Of a DNA stretch of 15,836 nt, positions 15,137 through 15,836 are shown piece after piece. Position 1 is the first letter of the stretch; every line of letters begins with the position of its first letter. Where the stretch lies: NCBI GenBank assembly GCA_027459775.1, contig DAIDHE010000177.1, positions 1 to 15,836 of the forward strand. The letters run 5' to 3'. The position numbers and the translations under genes were made by a program. The notes under the pieces are model-generated. The model was not told the DNA's origin and searched no databases. It was given only the letters and a program-made list of their open reading frames with translations. The DNA comes from Planctomycetales bacterium (GTDB taxonomy: Bacteria; Planctomycetota; Planctomycetia; Isosphaerales; Isosphaeraceae).

Positions 15137-15526
15137 ATGAGTCGCCCCGGCCGCCGCAAAGGTGCTCCGCGCACCGCACCGCACCGCACCGCACCGCACC
15201 GCACCGCACCGCACCGCGCGGCGAGGCTCTCCGTTGAGCCGCTCGAGCCCCGCTGGCTCATGAACGCCGACGGCCGTCACCCGCGGCCGGATCCGCCGGT
15301 GGGTCTGCTCGACAAGTCGTTTGGATCGCTGCTCGAATCGCACTCCGACGCCGGCTCGTTCGCACGGAGCCTCCTTCAGCATCCCGGTCGGGCGAAAGCG
15401 GCTGGGCTTGAAGGATTGCGGCACGCCCTCCGCGAACACGCCGGCTATGCGGGCCGGTACGGCTGGGGCGCGACCCTGACGCATGAGCTCGACACCCACA
15501 GGCGATACGCCGCGGCCCACCACTAG
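15137..15526 (+). CDS. N-terminal segment (129 aa) of a putative large surface protein. Basic N-terminus with three RTAPH repeats, then LSVEPLEPRWLMNADG. Terminated by an in-frame TAG at 15524-15526.
   Basis: ATG 15137 with a weak AAGG 9 nt upstream. (GCACC)9 at 15171-15215 encodes (RTAPH)3 in frame. The same reading frame continues open after the TAG into an Ig-like domain. Confidence 0.4.
   Translation: MSRPGRRKGAPRTAPHRTAPHRTAPHRAARLSVEPLEPRWLMNADGRHPRPDPPVGLLDKSFGSLLESHSDAGSFARSLLQHPGRAKAAGLEGLRHALREHAGYAGRYGWGATLTHELDTHRRYAAAHH
15171..15215 (+). repeat. (GCACC)x9 perfect pentanucleotide microsatellite within the 5' coding region (or leader) of the surface-protein gene
   Basis: Read directly: nine uninterrupted GCACC units, 45 nt. 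Confidence 0.9.
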
Positions 15527-15836
15527 ACCACCTTTCTGGCGACCCCAGCACCAGCCCCCTCCCCGAGCATCCCCGCCCCGACCTCGGCGAACCGGCCGGC
15601 CCGCTCATCCCCCGCGCCGGTCGCTCAAGAGCCACTGACGATCTCCGTCGGCGGCACCCTCGACGTCAACCTGCCCAACCTCGGCCTGGGCGCCGCCGGG
15701 CTGACCTACACCATCACGCCCCAACCGCTGCCGGCGCATATGACCTTCTATCGCGGCACCGGCGAATTCATCTTCTCGCCCGCGCCCGGCCAGACGGGCA
15801 CTTACGATTTCTCGGTCGCGGTGAGCGGCCCGGGCG
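15527..15836 (+). CDS. Continuation, partial because the window ends, of a large surface protein: Pro/Ala/Ser-rich linker followed by a putative-Ig / cadherin-like (Dystroglycan-type, He_PIG-like) domain
   Basis: Same frame as 15137-15526 and no stop through 15836. TTFLATPAPAPSPSIPAPTSANRPARSSPAPVAQEPLTISVGGTLDVNLPNLGLGAAGLTYTITPQPLPAHMTFYRGTGEFIFSPAPGQTGTYDFSVAVSGPG. The L-x-Y-x-I-x ... G-x-F-x-F-x-P-x-x-x-x-x-G-x-Y-x-F-x-V pattern is typical of bacterial putative Ig domains. No canonical start codon between the TAG and 15747. Confidence 0.5.

Noticed and set aside
15171-15215. Considered whether the (GCACC)n array could be a CRISPR-like or telomere-like repeat
   Set aside because: Perfect head-to-tail 5-nt units with no spacers. 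This is a simple microsatellite, not a CRISPR array.
15002-15523. Minus-strand ORFs 15002-15523 and 15046-15261 containing (CGAVR)n
   Set aside because: Frame artefacts of the (GCACC)9 repeat and GC-rich sequence. Arg-rich, with no start context. The plus-strand frame continues into a recognisable Ig-like domain.

Overview
High-GC (roughly 65-68%) bacterial chromosomal segment, densely coding on both strands. I can support about 15 protein-coding genes and found no rRNA, tRNA, CRISPR array or obvious transposase or integrase. Gene content: a CYTH-domain protein (minus strand), then a co-directional cluster of a long flotillin-like SPFH protein, a GT2 glycosyltransferase, a signal-peptide-bearing SAM methyltransferase and a PP2C Ser/Thr phosphatase. 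Downstream are an RluA-family pseudouridine synthase, a small membrane-anchored hypothetical, a minus-strand set of a large secreted GH20-like protein, a small acidic protein and a 281-aa protein with a degenerate nucleotidyltransferase-like motif, a proline-rich putative lipoprotein, a bacterial TMEM14 (UPF0136) homologue, a secreted protein built from a long Gly/Tyr/Met/His low-complexity repeat fused to a C-terminal PDZ domain, and the 5' end of a large surface-protein gene with a putative-Ig/cadherin-like domain. That last gene carries a (GCACC)x9 pentanucleotide microsatellite in its 5' coding region and an in-frame TAG before the Ig-like domain. The most unusual objects are the Gly/Tyr-rich PDZ protein at 13771-14679 (minus) and the microsatellite-bearing, TAG-interrupted surface-protein gene at 15137 to the window end. 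Secondary ones are an exported methyltransferase, a 10-bp GC hairpin, a G8 tract and a phased GAATY repeat array in a 555-nt divergent intergenic region. A taxonomic guess of Planctomycetota or a relative (TMEM14, giant Ig-like surface protein, LE-x-R-x-L N-terminal motif, DUF4838/GH20-like protein) is inference only. All calls come from reading translated ORFs and sequence motifs; no database search was possible.
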